Source of the DNA: Candidatus Latescibacterota bacterium
GTDB taxonomy: Bacteria > Latescibacterota > UBA2968 > UBA8231
Assembly: GCA_965203355.1 (NCBI GenBank)
Contig: OZ241889.1
Span: 2,080,001-2,144,000, forward strand
Direction of reading: 5' to 3'
DNA: 64,000 nt
The notes under the pieces were generated by a model. The model was not told where the DNA came from. It ran no database searches and saw only the letters and a list, made by a program, of their open reading frames with translations. Made by a program: the position numbers and the translations under genes. This document shows, one piece after another, positions 19,715 through 29,594 of the stretch. Every line of letters begins with the position of its first letter. Position 1 is the stretch's first letter.

Positions 19715-19957
19715 GCAACAATTTTGGCTAGCTTAAATTGAGCTAGTTAGAAGCGTCAGACGCTAGGTGCTCAAAGTGCAAAAATTGCATCCTCATTGTT
19801 TTGGTTCAAGGTTGCAAAGCGTCTCCGCTTTGCCCAAGGTTCGAGCCAACAACATTGCTTGCTCTGTATTAACAGACAGTTACGGTCGATGCAGGCTGTG
19901 AAACTCTTCTGATTGTGCAGAAGGCAACCGGCCCTTCTATCGACTCACCTATAAGCA

Positions 19958-19973
19958 AGCAAATTCAGTGCCA
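19958..19973 (-). promoter_or_regulatory. sigma54 promoter upstream of the sigma70-family gene pair
   Basis: Minus strand TGGCAC-TGAAT-TTGCT. Confidence 0.8.
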
Positions 19974-20072
19974 CACTTTAAATTATTACGGTTAAATTAT
20001 TGTGAATATGGTACTTATGAGAAAGGCACTGTCGGGCGGGAAGCAGGTTGAGGGACCGCATAGGCCCAAAAA

Positions 20073-20085
20073 TGCAAAAATTGCA
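20073..20085. promoter_or_regulatory. TGCA-N5-TGCA putative enhancer site; related copies at 19777..19789, 19693..19708, 19104..19119
   Basis: TGCAAAAATTGCA 100 bp upstream of the -24 box. An identical 13-mer is at 19777, and GTGCAAATTTTTGCAC sits in the leader of both sigma copies. Confidence 0.6.
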
Positions 20086-20121
20086 GGAGTCGCCTAAAGT
20101 TTGCCGACGGCCGATGGCGTG

Positions 20122-21486
20122 TTACTTGGTCGTGATGTTGTACCGCTTGATCTTGTACTGCAAGGAGCGGACGCTAATGCCCAAAATGGCGGCCGCTTCG
20201 CGGCGGTTGCCCGTGAGGCGTTGGAGGGTTTGGCGGATGAGTTCGGCTTCGACTTCTTTGAGGGTGGAGCCGAGGGCCATTGAGAACTGCCCAGGGCCTT
20301 CGGCTAGCGCGCCGAACGGGCCGGGCAGGTGTTCGGGGAGGATGACCGCCGCCGAGGTGGTGACCACGAGCCGCTGCAGTATGTTGCGCAACTCGCGCAC
20401 ATTGCCCGGCCAATCATAGGTGATGAGGCTCTCCATAGCTTCCGGGCTGATCTTCTTGGCGGGTTTTTTTGCCGCACGGCAGGTTTCGTCGAGGCACATT
20501 TCGACTAAGACAGGGATGTCTTCTCGGCGTTGGCGCAAGGGGGGAATGTCGATGGGGACCACGTTGAGGCGGTAGTACAGATCTTCGCGGAAGCGCCCTG
20601 TTGCGACTGCGTCTTCGAGGTCGCGGTTCGTCGCGGCGATGATGCGCACATCGGCGCGGTGGACCTTTGGGTCGCCGAGTGGTTGGAATTCGTGGGATTC
20701 TAGGACGCGCAGCAGCTCGACCTGATTTTTGTGCGGGACTTCGCCGATCTCGTCGAGGAAGAGCGTCCCGCCCTCGGCGAGGGTGAAACGGCCGGGCCGG
20801 TCGGCGTTGGCACTGGTAAAGGCCCCGCGCTTGTGGCCGAACAATTCACTGGTAAAGAGTTCTTCGGTGAAGCCGCCGCAGTTGACGGCCACAAAGGGGG
20901 CTTTGCGGCGTCTGCTGCGGTCGTGGATGGCGCGTGCGACCAGATCCTTGCCAACGCCGGTTTCGCCGCGCAAGAGCACTGGCACGTCCGTTTCGGCCAC
21001 TTGTTTGATCGTGACCGCGGCCGCCTGCATGGCCGGGCTGCGGCGCACGAGGCGGCGAAAGGGGGCTTCTTTTTCGAGGCGATGGTGGAGCTTGCGGTTT
21101 TCGACGACGAGCTCGAAGCGGTCGAGGGCGCGTGCGACTACGAGACGCAACTGGTCTAGATCGACGGGTTTGGTCACTACGTCGTACGCGCCTTTGCGCA
21201 TGGCTTCGACCGCGGTGTGGGTGTTGTTGTGGTCCGTGAGTATGATGCACAGGGTGTCGGGGTATTGCTGGCCGATCTTCTGCAAAAGTTTCATCCCAGT
21301 GGAGCCGGGCATCTGCAAGTCGAGAATAGCCAAGTGGAAGTTGCCGACTTTCAGCATCCGGCGCACTTGGTCGCCGTCCGCGGCGGTTTCAATGGCATAG
21401 CCGGGTTTTTGCAATGCCTCTTGCAACCCTTCGCGGATAAAGAGCGATGAGTCGGCGATGAGGATGTTGGCTTGGAGTTGGGGCAT
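20122..21486 (-). CDS. NtrC/AtoC-family sigma54-dependent response regulator (REC-AAA+-HTH)
   Basis: LDLQMP receiver, GETGVGKD, GAFTSA, WPGNVREL, HTH. Confidence 0.92.
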   Translation of the reverse strand: MPQLQANILIADSSLFIREGLQEALQKPGYAIETAADGDQVRRMLKVGNFHLAILDLQMPGSTGMKLLQKIGQQYPDTLCIILTDHNNTHTAVEAMRKGAYDVVTKPVDLDQLRLVVARALDRFELVVENRKLHHRLEKEAPFRRLVRRSPAMQAAAVTIKQVAETDVPVLLRGETGVGKDLVARAIHDRSRRRKAPFVAVNCGGFTEELFTSELFGHKRGAFTSANADRPGRFTLAEGGTLFLDEIGEVPHKNQVELLRVLESHEFQPLGDPKVHRADVRIIAATNRDLEDAVATGRFREDLYYRLNVVPIDIPPLRQRREDIPVLVEMCLDETCRAAKKPAKKISPEAMESLITYDWPGNVRELRNILQRLVVTTSAAVILPEHLPGPFGALAEGPGQFSMALGSTLKEVEAELIRQTLQRLTGNRREAAAILGISVRSLQYKIKRYNITTK

Positions 21487-21530
21487 GCGCTCTTGTTGAC
21501 AGTGCTGGCGAGGAGACTAGCTTCTCCTGC

Positions 21531-22259
21531 ATGGAGAATAAACAAAACGCCACCGAACACAAGAGGCGCAATCGAGACATGTTCAACGCCATTGCGCGGC
21601 GCTACGACTTGCTCAACCACCTGCTCAGCGGTGGGGTGGATGTGTACTGGCGGTGGCGCGCCCTCCACGCCGCCCGGCACAAGCATCCGCAGCGCGTGTT
21701 GGATTTGGCTACGGGCACCGGCGATTTTGCCCTGGCGGCGGCCCGCTTGAGGCCCCAGCAGGTCGTCGGTATTGACATGGCGATTGAGATGCTGCGGCTG
21801 GGGGCGACCAAGGTGGCGGCCAAGTCGCCGTCCGCACGTGTGGAGTTGTTAGTCGGCGATGCCGAGCAACTGCCGTTTCAGGACAATACCTTCGATATGG
21901 TGACCGGGGCCTTTGGGGTGCGAAACTTTAGCCACATTCCCAGTGGCTTGGCCGAGGCGCGTCGGGTGCTCAAACCTGGTGGCCAGCTTTTGGTGCTCGA
22001 CTTCTGCGAGCCAGCGGCACCGCTGTTTCGGCCCTTGTACTTGTTTTACTTCCACAAAGTGCTGCCCTGGATCGGTGGCCTCGTCTCTGGCCAGCGCCAG
22101 GCCTACGCCTATTTGCCGCGCTCGGTGGGGACCTTTCCCCAGGGGCCGGCCTTTGTCGAATTGCTCGTCGCGGCTGGGTTCAGCCAAGCGCGATATGCGC
22201 CGCTAACGCTGGGCATTGCCGCGGTGTACCAAGGCGTCAAAGGGCCGGTTGACGAATGA
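21531..22259 (+). CDS. menG: Demethylmenaquinone methyltransferase UbiE/MenG
   Basis: MFNAIARRYDLLNHLLS, LDLATGTGD, GDAEQLPF. Confidence 0.92.
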   Translation: MENKQNATEHKRRNRDMFNAIARRYDLLNHLLSGGVDVYWRWRALHAARHKHPQRVLDLATGTGDFALAAARLRPQQVVGIDMAIEMLRLGATKVAAKSPSARVELLVGDAEQLPFQDNTFDMVTGAFGVRNFSHIPSGLAEARRVLKPGGQLLVLDFCEPAAPLFRPLYLFYFHKVLPWIGGLVSGQRQAYAYLPRSVGTFPQGPAFVELLVAAGFSQARYAPLTLGIAAVYQGVKGPVDE

Positions 22260-22299
22260 GATACCCATAGGTATTATGTACTAAACGCAGGAGAAATAA

Positions 22300-23424
22300 G
22301 TGATTTACGACGATCTTATTGGCCGCGCTGGGCTCGCGGATATCCACGACAAAGTGCTGGCTGGGCAGCGTTTGAGCTTGGACGACGGTCGGCGCTTGTA
22401 CGCCTGCGATGAGCTGCCCATCTTGGGCTATTTGGCCAATATCGTCCGCGAGCGCAAAAGCGGCGATACCGCGTACTACGTGCGCAACCAGCACATCAAC
22501 TACACCAACATCTGCAACAAGCTCTGCAAGTTTTGTTCCTTCTACGTCAAGCCCAAAGACGAGCGCGGCTACGCGTTGACCCCCGAGCAAGTCGCCGCGC
22601 GCGTTGCCGAGTACGACCAAGCCCCGATCACCGAGATCCACATGGTCGGCGGCGTCAATCCCAAGCTGCCCTACCAATACTATCTCGATGTCTTGCGGGC
22701 GATGAAGCAAGCCCGCCCCGCCGCGCATCTGAAGGCTTTCACCATGATCGAGATCGCCCAGATTCAGCGCATCGCCAAAAAGCCGCTGGAGGCGATTTTT
22801 GCCGATATGAAGGCGGCCGGGCTGGAGTCGCTGCCCGGCGGCGGGGCCGAGGTTTTCAGCGACCGGGTCCAAGGCGATCTCTTCTGGACCAAGGCGGATT
22901 CCGAGGAGTGGTTGGCGATCGCGCGGGCGGCGCATCAGGCCGGTCTGCCCTCCAATGCCACCATGCTCTACGGGCACATCGAAAATACCGAGGAGAAAGT
23001 TTATCACCTCGCGCGGCTGCGCGAAGTGCAGGACGAGACCGGCGGCTTTCTTTGCTACATCCCGCTTTCCTTTCACCCCGAGCGCACCGAGTTGGCGGAC
23101 TTGCCCGGGCCGACGGGTTGCCTCGATCTCAAGGAAATCGCCGTGGGGCGGCTGATGCTCGACAACTTCCCCCACGTCAAGACCTTCTGGATTATGAACA
23201 CCATTGAGATTTCGCAGACCGCGCTCTGGTACGGGGCCGACGACATCGACGGCACGGTCATGGACTACGAAATCACCCGCAAGAGTTTCACCGAGACGCA
23301 GCAGCGGCTGACGCAGGCCGAGCTCGTGCAGCGCATTGTCGAGGCCGGGCGCCGGCCCTTAGAGCGCGACTCCCTCTACCATATCGTCGCCGATACTCCG
23401 GCTCTGTTGGCAGCGGCTGGATAG
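22300..23424 (+). CDS. mqnE: Aminofutalosine synthase (radical SAM)
   Basis: HINYTNICNKLCKFC, PGGGAEVF, NATMLYGHIE, DNFPHVK, YGADDIDGT. Confidence 0.88.
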   Translation: MIYDDLIGRAGLADIHDKVLAGQRLSLDDGRRLYACDELPILGYLANIVRERKSGDTAYYVRNQHINYTNICNKLCKFCSFYVKPKDERGYALTPEQVAARVAEYDQAPITEIHMVGGVNPKLPYQYYLDVLRAMKQARPAAHLKAFTMIEIAQIQRIAKKPLEAIFADMKAAGLESLPGGGAEVFSDRVQGDLFWTKADSEEWLAIARAAHQAGLPSNATMLYGHIENTEEKVYHLARLREVQDETGGFLCYIPLSFHPERTELADLPGPTGCLDLKEIAVGRLMLDNFPHVKTFWIMNTIEISQTALWYGADDIDGTVMDYEITRKSFTETQQRLTQAELVQRIVEAGRRPLERDSLYHIVADTPALLAAAG

Positions 23425-24572
23425 TGCCCGTGATCGCCGATATTGCCGACAAGGTCTATGCTGGAGAGCGCCTCGCGCTCGATGAGGCCCGCCGCTTGTA
23501 CGCGCATCACAACCTCGCCGAGTTGGGGATGCTGGCGCATTGGGCGCGCCAGCAGAAACACCCGGAGCAGGTGGTCACCTACAACATTGGCCGCAACATC
23601 AACTACACCAATGTCTGCTGGGTCAAGTGCGACTTTTGCGCCTTTTACCGGCCGCCGGGTTCGAGCGAGGGCTACGTCCTGACCAATGAGCAGATTTTCG
23701 CCAAGATCGACGAGTTGGTGGCCTTTGGCGGCGATGAGCCTAAGTCCTGCGAAATCCTGATGCAGGGCGGCCTCAACCCCAAGCTGCGCCTCGATTACTA
23801 CGAACAATTGCTCTCGGCGATCCGGGACCGCTATCCGCAGGTACAGCTACACTGTCTTTCGGCTACGGAAATCATCTACATCGCGCACTTATCGCGCCTG
23901 CCGCTGGACGAGACCATTGGCCGCCTGCGTGCGGCCGGGCTGGATTCGATTCCGGGTGCTGGCGCTGAGATACTCAACGACGCAGTGCGCGATATTATCG
24001 GCTTTCGCAAGGATCGCACCGAGGAGTGGCTAACAGTGCATCGCGTGGCGCACGAGTTGGGGATGCCGACTACGGCGACGATGATGTACGGCCATGTAGA
24101 GACCGTCGAGCATCGCCTAGAGCACCTCGACCGCCTGCGGCAGGTACAGGACGAGCGCGGCGGCTTCACCGCCTTTATTGCGTGGAACTTCCAGCCCGAT
24201 CAAACGGACTTGGGGGCGGACTCGGCCCGCTGGAACGGGGTCAAAGCAACCGGGTACGACCATCTGCGCACGGTTGCCGTAGCGCGGCTCTTCCTCGACA
24301 ACATCCCCAACCTACAGGCTTCGTGGGTGACGCAAGGGCCTAAAATCGCCCAAGTCAGCTTGCGCTACGGCATCAACGACTTCGGCAGCACCATGCTCGA
24401 AGAAAACGTCGTCAGTGCCGCCGGCACCAGCCACACCAACGCGATGGGTTTGGACGCTATGGAACGGCTCATCCGCGACGCTGGCTTTGCGCCGCGACGG
24501 CGCAACACTTGCTATGAGCCGGTGGCTTCTCCCGGTCGAATCGACGCTTTGCAAGCGATCGTTCATTTATGA
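23424..24572 (+). CDS. mqnC: Cyclic dehypoxanthine futalosine synthase (radical SAM)
   Basis: RNINYTNVCWVKCDFC, ILMQGG, QASWVTQG, NDFGSTMLEENVV. Confidence 0.9.
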   Translation: MPVIADIADKVYAGERLALDEARRLYAHHNLAELGMLAHWARQQKHPEQVVTYNIGRNINYTNVCWVKCDFCAFYRPPGSSEGYVLTNEQIFAKIDELVAFGGDEPKSCEILMQGGLNPKLRLDYYEQLLSAIRDRYPQVQLHCLSATEIIYIAHLSRLPLDETIGRLRAAGLDSIPGAGAEILNDAVRDIIGFRKDRTEEWLTVHRVAHELGMPTTATMMYGHVETVEHRLEHLDRLRQVQDERGGFTAFIAWNFQPDQTDLGADSARWNGVKATGYDHLRTVAVARLFLDNIPNLQASWVTQGPKIAQVSLRYGINDFGSTMLEENVVSAAGTSHTNAMGLDAMERLIRDAGFAPRRRNTCYEPVASPGRIDALQAIVHL

Positions 24573-25363
24573 AGCCGCGCTTGGGCGCGGTCTCATACCT
24601 CAACACGCGGCCCCTCGTCGTTGCCCTCGAATGCGAGCCCGCGCCTTTCGCCCTGAGTTATTCGGTGCCCTCGCGCTGTGCGCGGGCGCTGGCCGAGGGC
24701 ACCATCGACGCCGGGATCATTCCCGCGATCGAATACGCCCGTAGTTCGCGCTCCTATTGGATCGTCCCTGATATCGCCATTGGTTCGCAGGGGGCGGTGT
24801 TGACGGTGCGCCTTTTTTGCCGCCGCCCGTTGCCGCAGGTTGAACGTATCGCCTTGGATACCAGTTCTCGCACTTCAGTGGCTTTGTTGTCCATTCTCCT
24901 GCGCGAAAAATTCGCTCTAACGCCGCAGTTGATCGAAGCTCCGCCCGATCTGGCGTCCATGTTTGAGTGCGCTGACGCGGCCCTGCTCATCGGCGATACG
25001 GTTTTCTCGCACTTGGACCGGGGCGTGGAGAGCTTGGACTTGGGTCGGGAATGGACGGCGATGACCGATCTGCCTTTTGTTTTTGCCTTTTGGGCTGGCC
25101 ATCCGCAGGCACTCACGCCCGCCCAAGTCCAACAATTGCAGCGGGCCAAAGAACAGGGGGTGCGTCAAGTGCCGTCCATTGCCGCCGCGTACAGCCGAGA
25201 ATGCGGGGGCTCGCGCGCATTCTACGAGCACTACCTGACGCACCACATCCGCTTTGATTTGGACGAGGCGGCCCAAGCTGGTTTGCGGCTGTTCTATCAA
25301 CTGGCCCACCGCCACGGCCTGATCGACGCGGTCCCGCGGCTGCGCTTTTATCCTGCGGCCTAA
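24569..25363 (+). CDS. mqnA: Chorismate dehydratase
   Basis: VSYLNTRPL, SRTSVAL, LLIGD, DLGREW..TDLPFVFAFW. Confidence 0.9.
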   Translation: MKPRLGAVSYLNTRPLVVALECEPAPFALSYSVPSRCARALAEGTIDAGIIPAIEYARSSRSYWIVPDIAIGSQGAVLTVRLFCRRPLPQVERIALDTSSRTSVALLSILLREKFALTPQLIEAPPDLASMFECADAALLIGDTVFSHLDRGVESLDLGREWTAMTDLPFVFAFWAGHPQALTPAQVQQLQRAKEQGVRQVPSIAAAYSRECGGSRAFYEHYLTHHIRFDLDEAAQAGLRLFYQLAHRHGLIDAVPRLRFYPAA

Positions 25364-25375
25364 AGGAAGGTCGGG

Positions 25376-26263
25376 ATGGCTCCCTGGCAGGCCATGGCGG
25401 TGTACGGCCGCATGATCAAATTTTCCCACAGCGTCTTTGCCCTGCCCTTTGCCTTTAGCGGTGCCTTGCTGGCCGCGATGTACGCGGGCATTACGCCCGC
25501 CCAGATTGGCTGGATTGCGCTGGCGATGGTGGGGGCACGCAGCGCGGCGATGGGTTTTAATCGCCTCGTCGACCGCCACCTCGACGCGGCCAATCCCCGC
25601 ACCCAAAACCGCGAACTGCCGCGCGGCGTGGTCTCGCTGCAAGCTGTGGGGTTGTTCGTGGTGCTGTCCGCTTTGGTCTTGGTCTGGGCCGCTTATCAGC
25701 TCAGCCCTTTGTGCTTTTATCTGTCGCCGCTGGTTTTGGCCGTGCTCTTGTTCTACTCGTTGACCAAGCGTTTTACTTGGGCCTCTCACTTGGTTTTGGG
25801 GCTGAGTTTGGGCGGTGCGCCGCTGGGTGCTTGGCTTGCGGTAGCCGGTGGTTTTGACCTCATACCGCTGCTGCTCGGCCTAGGGGTGTTGGTTTGGGTG
25901 GCTGGCTTTGACATCATCTACGCCTGCCCAGACCGCGCCTTTGACATTCGGGCTGGACTCCACTCCATCCCGGTTCGCTTTGGCCTGGCCCGCGCCCTGC
26001 ACCTGGCCCGCGCCTTGCACTCATTGTTCGTGGTGCTGCTGATTATCGTGGGCCGCCTGGCCGGCTTGAGCTTTTTGTACTGGTTGGGTGTCTTAGTGGT
26101 AGCTGGCTTGCTGGTGTACGAGCACCGGCTGGTGCGGGCCGACGATCTGTCCTGCATGAACACGGCCTTTATGACGGTCAACAGCGCGATCAGTCTGATT
26201 TACTTTGCCGCGATCTGGGCCGATCTGCTCGTCTTTGGCGAGGGAGAATTGCTGCGTTTTTGA
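25376..26263 (+). CDS. mqnP: UbiA-like polyprenyltransferase (MqnP)
   Basis: IKFSHSVFALPFA, NRLVDRHLDAANPRT, GFDIIYA. Located in the mqn operon. Confidence 0.85.
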   Translation: MAPWQAMAVYGRMIKFSHSVFALPFAFSGALLAAMYAGITPAQIGWIALAMVGARSAAMGFNRLVDRHLDAANPRTQNRELPRGVVSLQAVGLFVVLSALVLVWAAYQLSPLCFYLSPLVLAVLLFYSLTKRFTWASHLVLGLSLGGAPLGAWLAVAGGFDLIPLLLGLGVLVWVAGFDIIYACPDRAFDIRAGLHSIPVRFGLARALHLARALHSLFVVLLIIVGRLAGLSFLYWLGVLVVAGLLVYEHRLVRADDLSCMNTAFMTVNSAISLIYFAAIWADLLVFGEGELLRF

Positions 26264-26302
26264 CGGGGAGCTTGGTTGCGGGCGGCATGGGAATTAATTG
26301 AC

Positions 26303-29300
26303 ATGGCAGAATGCGAACACATCCTAGACAATCGCCAGCGGCGCGTCGTCGATTATTTGCGGCAGCACCTGTCCGCCGCCGAGATGTTTCGCCTCGTTTC
26401 GGCGTATTTCACCATTTACGGCTACGAGGCCCTGCAACGCTCATTGAGCGGCGTTGCGGATGTGCGCTTTCTCTTTGGGGATCCAGCCTCGGTCGGCGCG
26501 TTGGACCCCGGCGAGAGAGCACTAAAAGCCTTCGACCTGACCGAAGACGGGCTCGCGCCTCAACGCGCCTTGCAACAGAAATACCTCGCCCGACAATGCG
26601 AAGCATGGGTCCGCCGCCAAGGCGTCAAAATTCGCTCCATTGGCCAATCCAACTTCTTGCACGGCAAGATGTATCTCACTGAATCCGCTCACGGCGGCAC
26701 AGCGGTGGTTGGTAGCTCTAACTTCACGCGCGGTGGCTTGGGCTGCGGGACGAGTGCCAACGTGGAAATCAACTTGGCAACCCAAGACGCAGCTATTTGT
26801 AGCGAATTGCAGCAGTGGTTTGACGAGTTGTGGGCGGACAAGACGCTGACCAAGGATGTCAAAAAGGACGTGCTGGACGCGCTGGCGCGGCTCGGCCGGG
26901 AGTACGCGCCGGAGTTGATCTACTACAAAACGCTCTACGACTTGTTCCAAGCGGACATCGAAGCGAGGAAGGCCGGCGAAAGCCAGCTAAAAGATACGCA
27001 CCTATACGATACGGCCATTTGGAACGCGCTGTACGAATTCCAAAAAGACGGAGCTAAAAGTGCCATTGCCCGCCTGCTGCGACACAACGGTTGTATTTTG
27101 GCCGACGCTGTTGGTTTGGGAAAGACCTATACGGCCCTGGCGGTGATCAAGTTCTTTGAATTGCGCAATGAGCGAGTGCTGGTGTTATGCCCCAAAAAGC
27201 TGCGCGAAAACTGGGCGTTGTATCCTGTGCACAACGCCCAAACTGGCAATCCCTTCCTCGAAGACCGCTTTGGTTACACCTTGCTATCGCACACCGACTT
27301 GTCGCGCCGCTGGGGGCAAGCCGGTGCTATTGATCTGGCGCATTTCAACTGGCGCAATTTCGACTTGGTGGTCATTGACGAATCGCACAATTTCCGCAAT
27401 GACTCCAAGTCCCGCTCCGAAGAAGGCGGTGCGATTCGCCACAGTCGCTACTCGCGGTTGTTGGAAGAAGTTATCCAAGCCGGGACCCAAACCAAGGTGC
27501 TGATGCTTTCGGCGACACCGGTCAATACTTCGCTTATAGACCTTCGCAACCAGATTTATCTGATGACCGAAAAGCGCGAGGATGTGTTGCGAGAGAGCCT
27601 GGGCATTGACCACATCGGTACGCTGTTAAGGCAGGCGCAAAAGGAATTTAAGGCCTGGGAGACCACAGCCGAGAAAAGCGGCAAAAAAGACAAGACAACG
27701 TTACTGGAGAGATTGGGTGCTGATTTTTTTAGGCTGTTGGGCGGCGTTTCCATTGCGCGCTCGCGGCAACAGATCAAGCATTTCTACGCCGCAGAAATGG
27801 AGAGAATCGGCCAATTCCCCACGCGGCAACAGCCACAGAATCACTATCCGCTGACGGATCTGGAGGACGAACTTTCATACAAAAATTTATCCGCACAAAT
27901 CGAGCGGTTCGCTTTGTCCATCTACCGGCCGTCGAGCTACGTTACCAGTGCAGAGGCCAAGAAACGGTTGGCAGACGAGAAGAAGCAACTGCGGTTTAAT
28001 CAGGCCGATCGCGAGCGTTTCCTCATTGGCATGATACGAGTCAATTTTCTGAAACGTTTGGAGAGTTCGGCCCACTCGCTGATGGAAACGCTCGGACGCA
28101 CTATCGGCAAAATTGAAGCCTTGTTACAAAAGATAGATCGCTATGAGCAAAATCGGCTGCTGGACGAACGAGCGGACACCCTGCCAGACGACGATGACGA
28201 CGACGACGAATTTCTGATCAATCGGGCGCGCACTCCTTACCATCTGCGCGAGTTGGATTTGCCCCATTGGCAAGAGGACTTGCTAAAGGATAAGGAGACC
28301 TTGGAGGCGGTCTATGAACGGGTCCGCGTTATCACACCGGAGCGGGATGGCAAGCTGCGCAAGATCAAGGCGCACATTCGAGACAGAGCACAACATCCGA
28401 CGGTCGACCGGGATGGCCGGATCAACCGCAAGCTGTTGATATTTTCCACCTTCAAGGACACGGTCGAGTACCTGTACGAAAACTTGGCGACCTTGGCGCG
28501 CGAGTTGGGGTTGAACATGGCGATGGTCTCCGGGGATGTAACGCGCGTTGCTTCCGGCCCTAACAACTTTAACGCTATTCTGACCAACTTCGCGCCGCGG
28601 GCCCACGGACAGGCCAATAGCATGGACGAGATTGACCTGCTGATTGCTACGGATTGTATCTCAGAGGGGCAGAACCTGCAAGATTGCGATACCGTACTCA
28701 ACTACGACATCCACTGGAATCCAGTGCGCATCATCCAGCGCTTCGGCCGCATTGATCGCATCGGCAGCCGCAACCAGTCGGTGCGGATGATTAACTATTG
28801 GCCGACCAAGGACATGGAGGTCTATTTGCGCCTGCAAAGCCGCGTACAAGCGCGCATGGCCTTGGCGGACGCCACCGCCAGCGGCGCCGACGACCCATTG
28901 AACGAAGATCCGTCTGAGCCGCTTCAGATGGAGCTGAACTTCCGCGACGAGCAACTAAAGAAAATGCGCGAAGAGGTGCTGGACTTAGACGAGCTATCCG
29001 AAGGCGTTGTTATGAGCGACTTTACGCTCGATTACTTTTTTGCCCAATTGCTGCGGTATTTGGAGCAAAACAAGGCCGAACTGGAAGCCATGCCCTACGG
29101 GGCCTACGCCTTAGCCGATGGGGCGAGCGACGTCGCACAGCCGGGCGTGATATTTTTTCTGCGTCAGCGCAACGCCAGCACTGACACAAGAGAGCAAAGG
29201 GCCAGTCCAGTTCATCCGTACTATGCGGTATATGTCCGCGATGATGGCCATATCCGCTACGGTTGTAGCCATGCCCGGCAGGTGCTGGAATTGTTTGAAT

Positions 29301-29560
29301 CGGTAGCCCTCGGCAAGACCGAGCCGCTGCAAAGGTTATGTGATCAGTTCGACCGCGAAACCCAAAATGGCCAAGACATGGTTCGTTACGATAAATTGTT
29401 GAACGCCGTGATAGCTCATATCGGTGGGGCGGACAAAGCCGCGCAGATACGGCAACTGGGCATTCGCGGTCAGCGCAGTTTCAGGCTACCTGGGCAATCT
29501 GCCCCGCCGAGTAATGCGGATTTTGCGCTGACAACTTGGCTGATTATTGCAAAGGCATGA
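26303..29560 (+). CDS. PLD-nuclease/SF2 (SNF2-like) helicase associated with Type IIG R-M
   Basis: HGKMY..GSSNFT PLD motif, LADAVGLGKT, DESH, SATP, EGQNLQ, QRFGRIDRIG. Confidence 0.88.
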   Translation: MAECEHILDNRQRRVVDYLRQHLSAAEMFRLVSAYFTIYGYEALQRSLSGVADVRFLFGDPASVGALDPGERALKAFDLTEDGLAPQRALQQKYLARQCEAWVRRQGVKIRSIGQSNFLHGKMYLTESAHGGTAVVGSSNFTRGGLGCGTSANVEINLATQDAAICSELQQWFDELWADKTLTKDVKKDVLDALARLGREYAPELIYYKTLYDLFQADIEARKAGESQLKDTHLYDTAIWNALYEFQKDGAKSAIARLLRHNGCILADAVGLGKTYTALAVIKFFELRNERVLVLCPKKLRENWALYPVHNAQTGNPFLEDRFGYTLLSHTDLSRRWGQAGAIDLAHFNWRNFDLVVIDESHNFRNDSKSRSEEGGAIRHSRYSRLLEEVIQAGTQTKVLMLSATPVNTSLIDLRNQIYLMTEKREDVLRESLGIDHIGTLLRQAQKEFKAWETTAEKSGKKDKTTLLERLGADFFRLLGGVSIARSRQQIKHFYAAEMERIGQFPTRQQPQNHYPLTDLEDELSYKNLSAQIERFALSIYRPSSYVTSAEAKKRLADEKKQLRFNQADRERFLIGMIRVNFLKRLESSAHSLMETLGRTIGKIEALLQKIDRYEQNRLLDERADTLPDDDDDDDEFLINRARTPYHLRELDLPHWQEDLLKDKETLEAVYERVRVITPERDGKLRKIKAHIRDRAQHPTVDRDGRINRKLLIFSTFKDTVEYLYENLATLARELGLNMAMVSGDVTRVASGPNNFNAILTNFAPRAHGQANSMDEIDLLIATDCISEGQNLQDCDTVLNYDIHWNPVRIIQRFGRIDRIGSRNQSVRMINYWPTKDMEVYLRLQSRVQARMALADATASGADDPLNEDPSEPLQMELNFRDEQLKKMREEVLDLDELSEGVVMSDFTLDYFFAQLLRYLEQNKAELEAMPYGAYALADGASDVAQPGVIFFLRQRNASTDTREQRASPVHPYYAVYVRDDGHIRYGCSHARQVLELFESVALGKTEPLQRLCDQFDRETQNGQDMVRYDKLLNAVIAHIGGADKAAQIRQLGIRGQRSFRLPGQSAPPSNADFALTTWLIIAKA

Positions 29561-29594
29561 TAGAGGACGGATGCCATTCGCAAGGAAAAGATAT

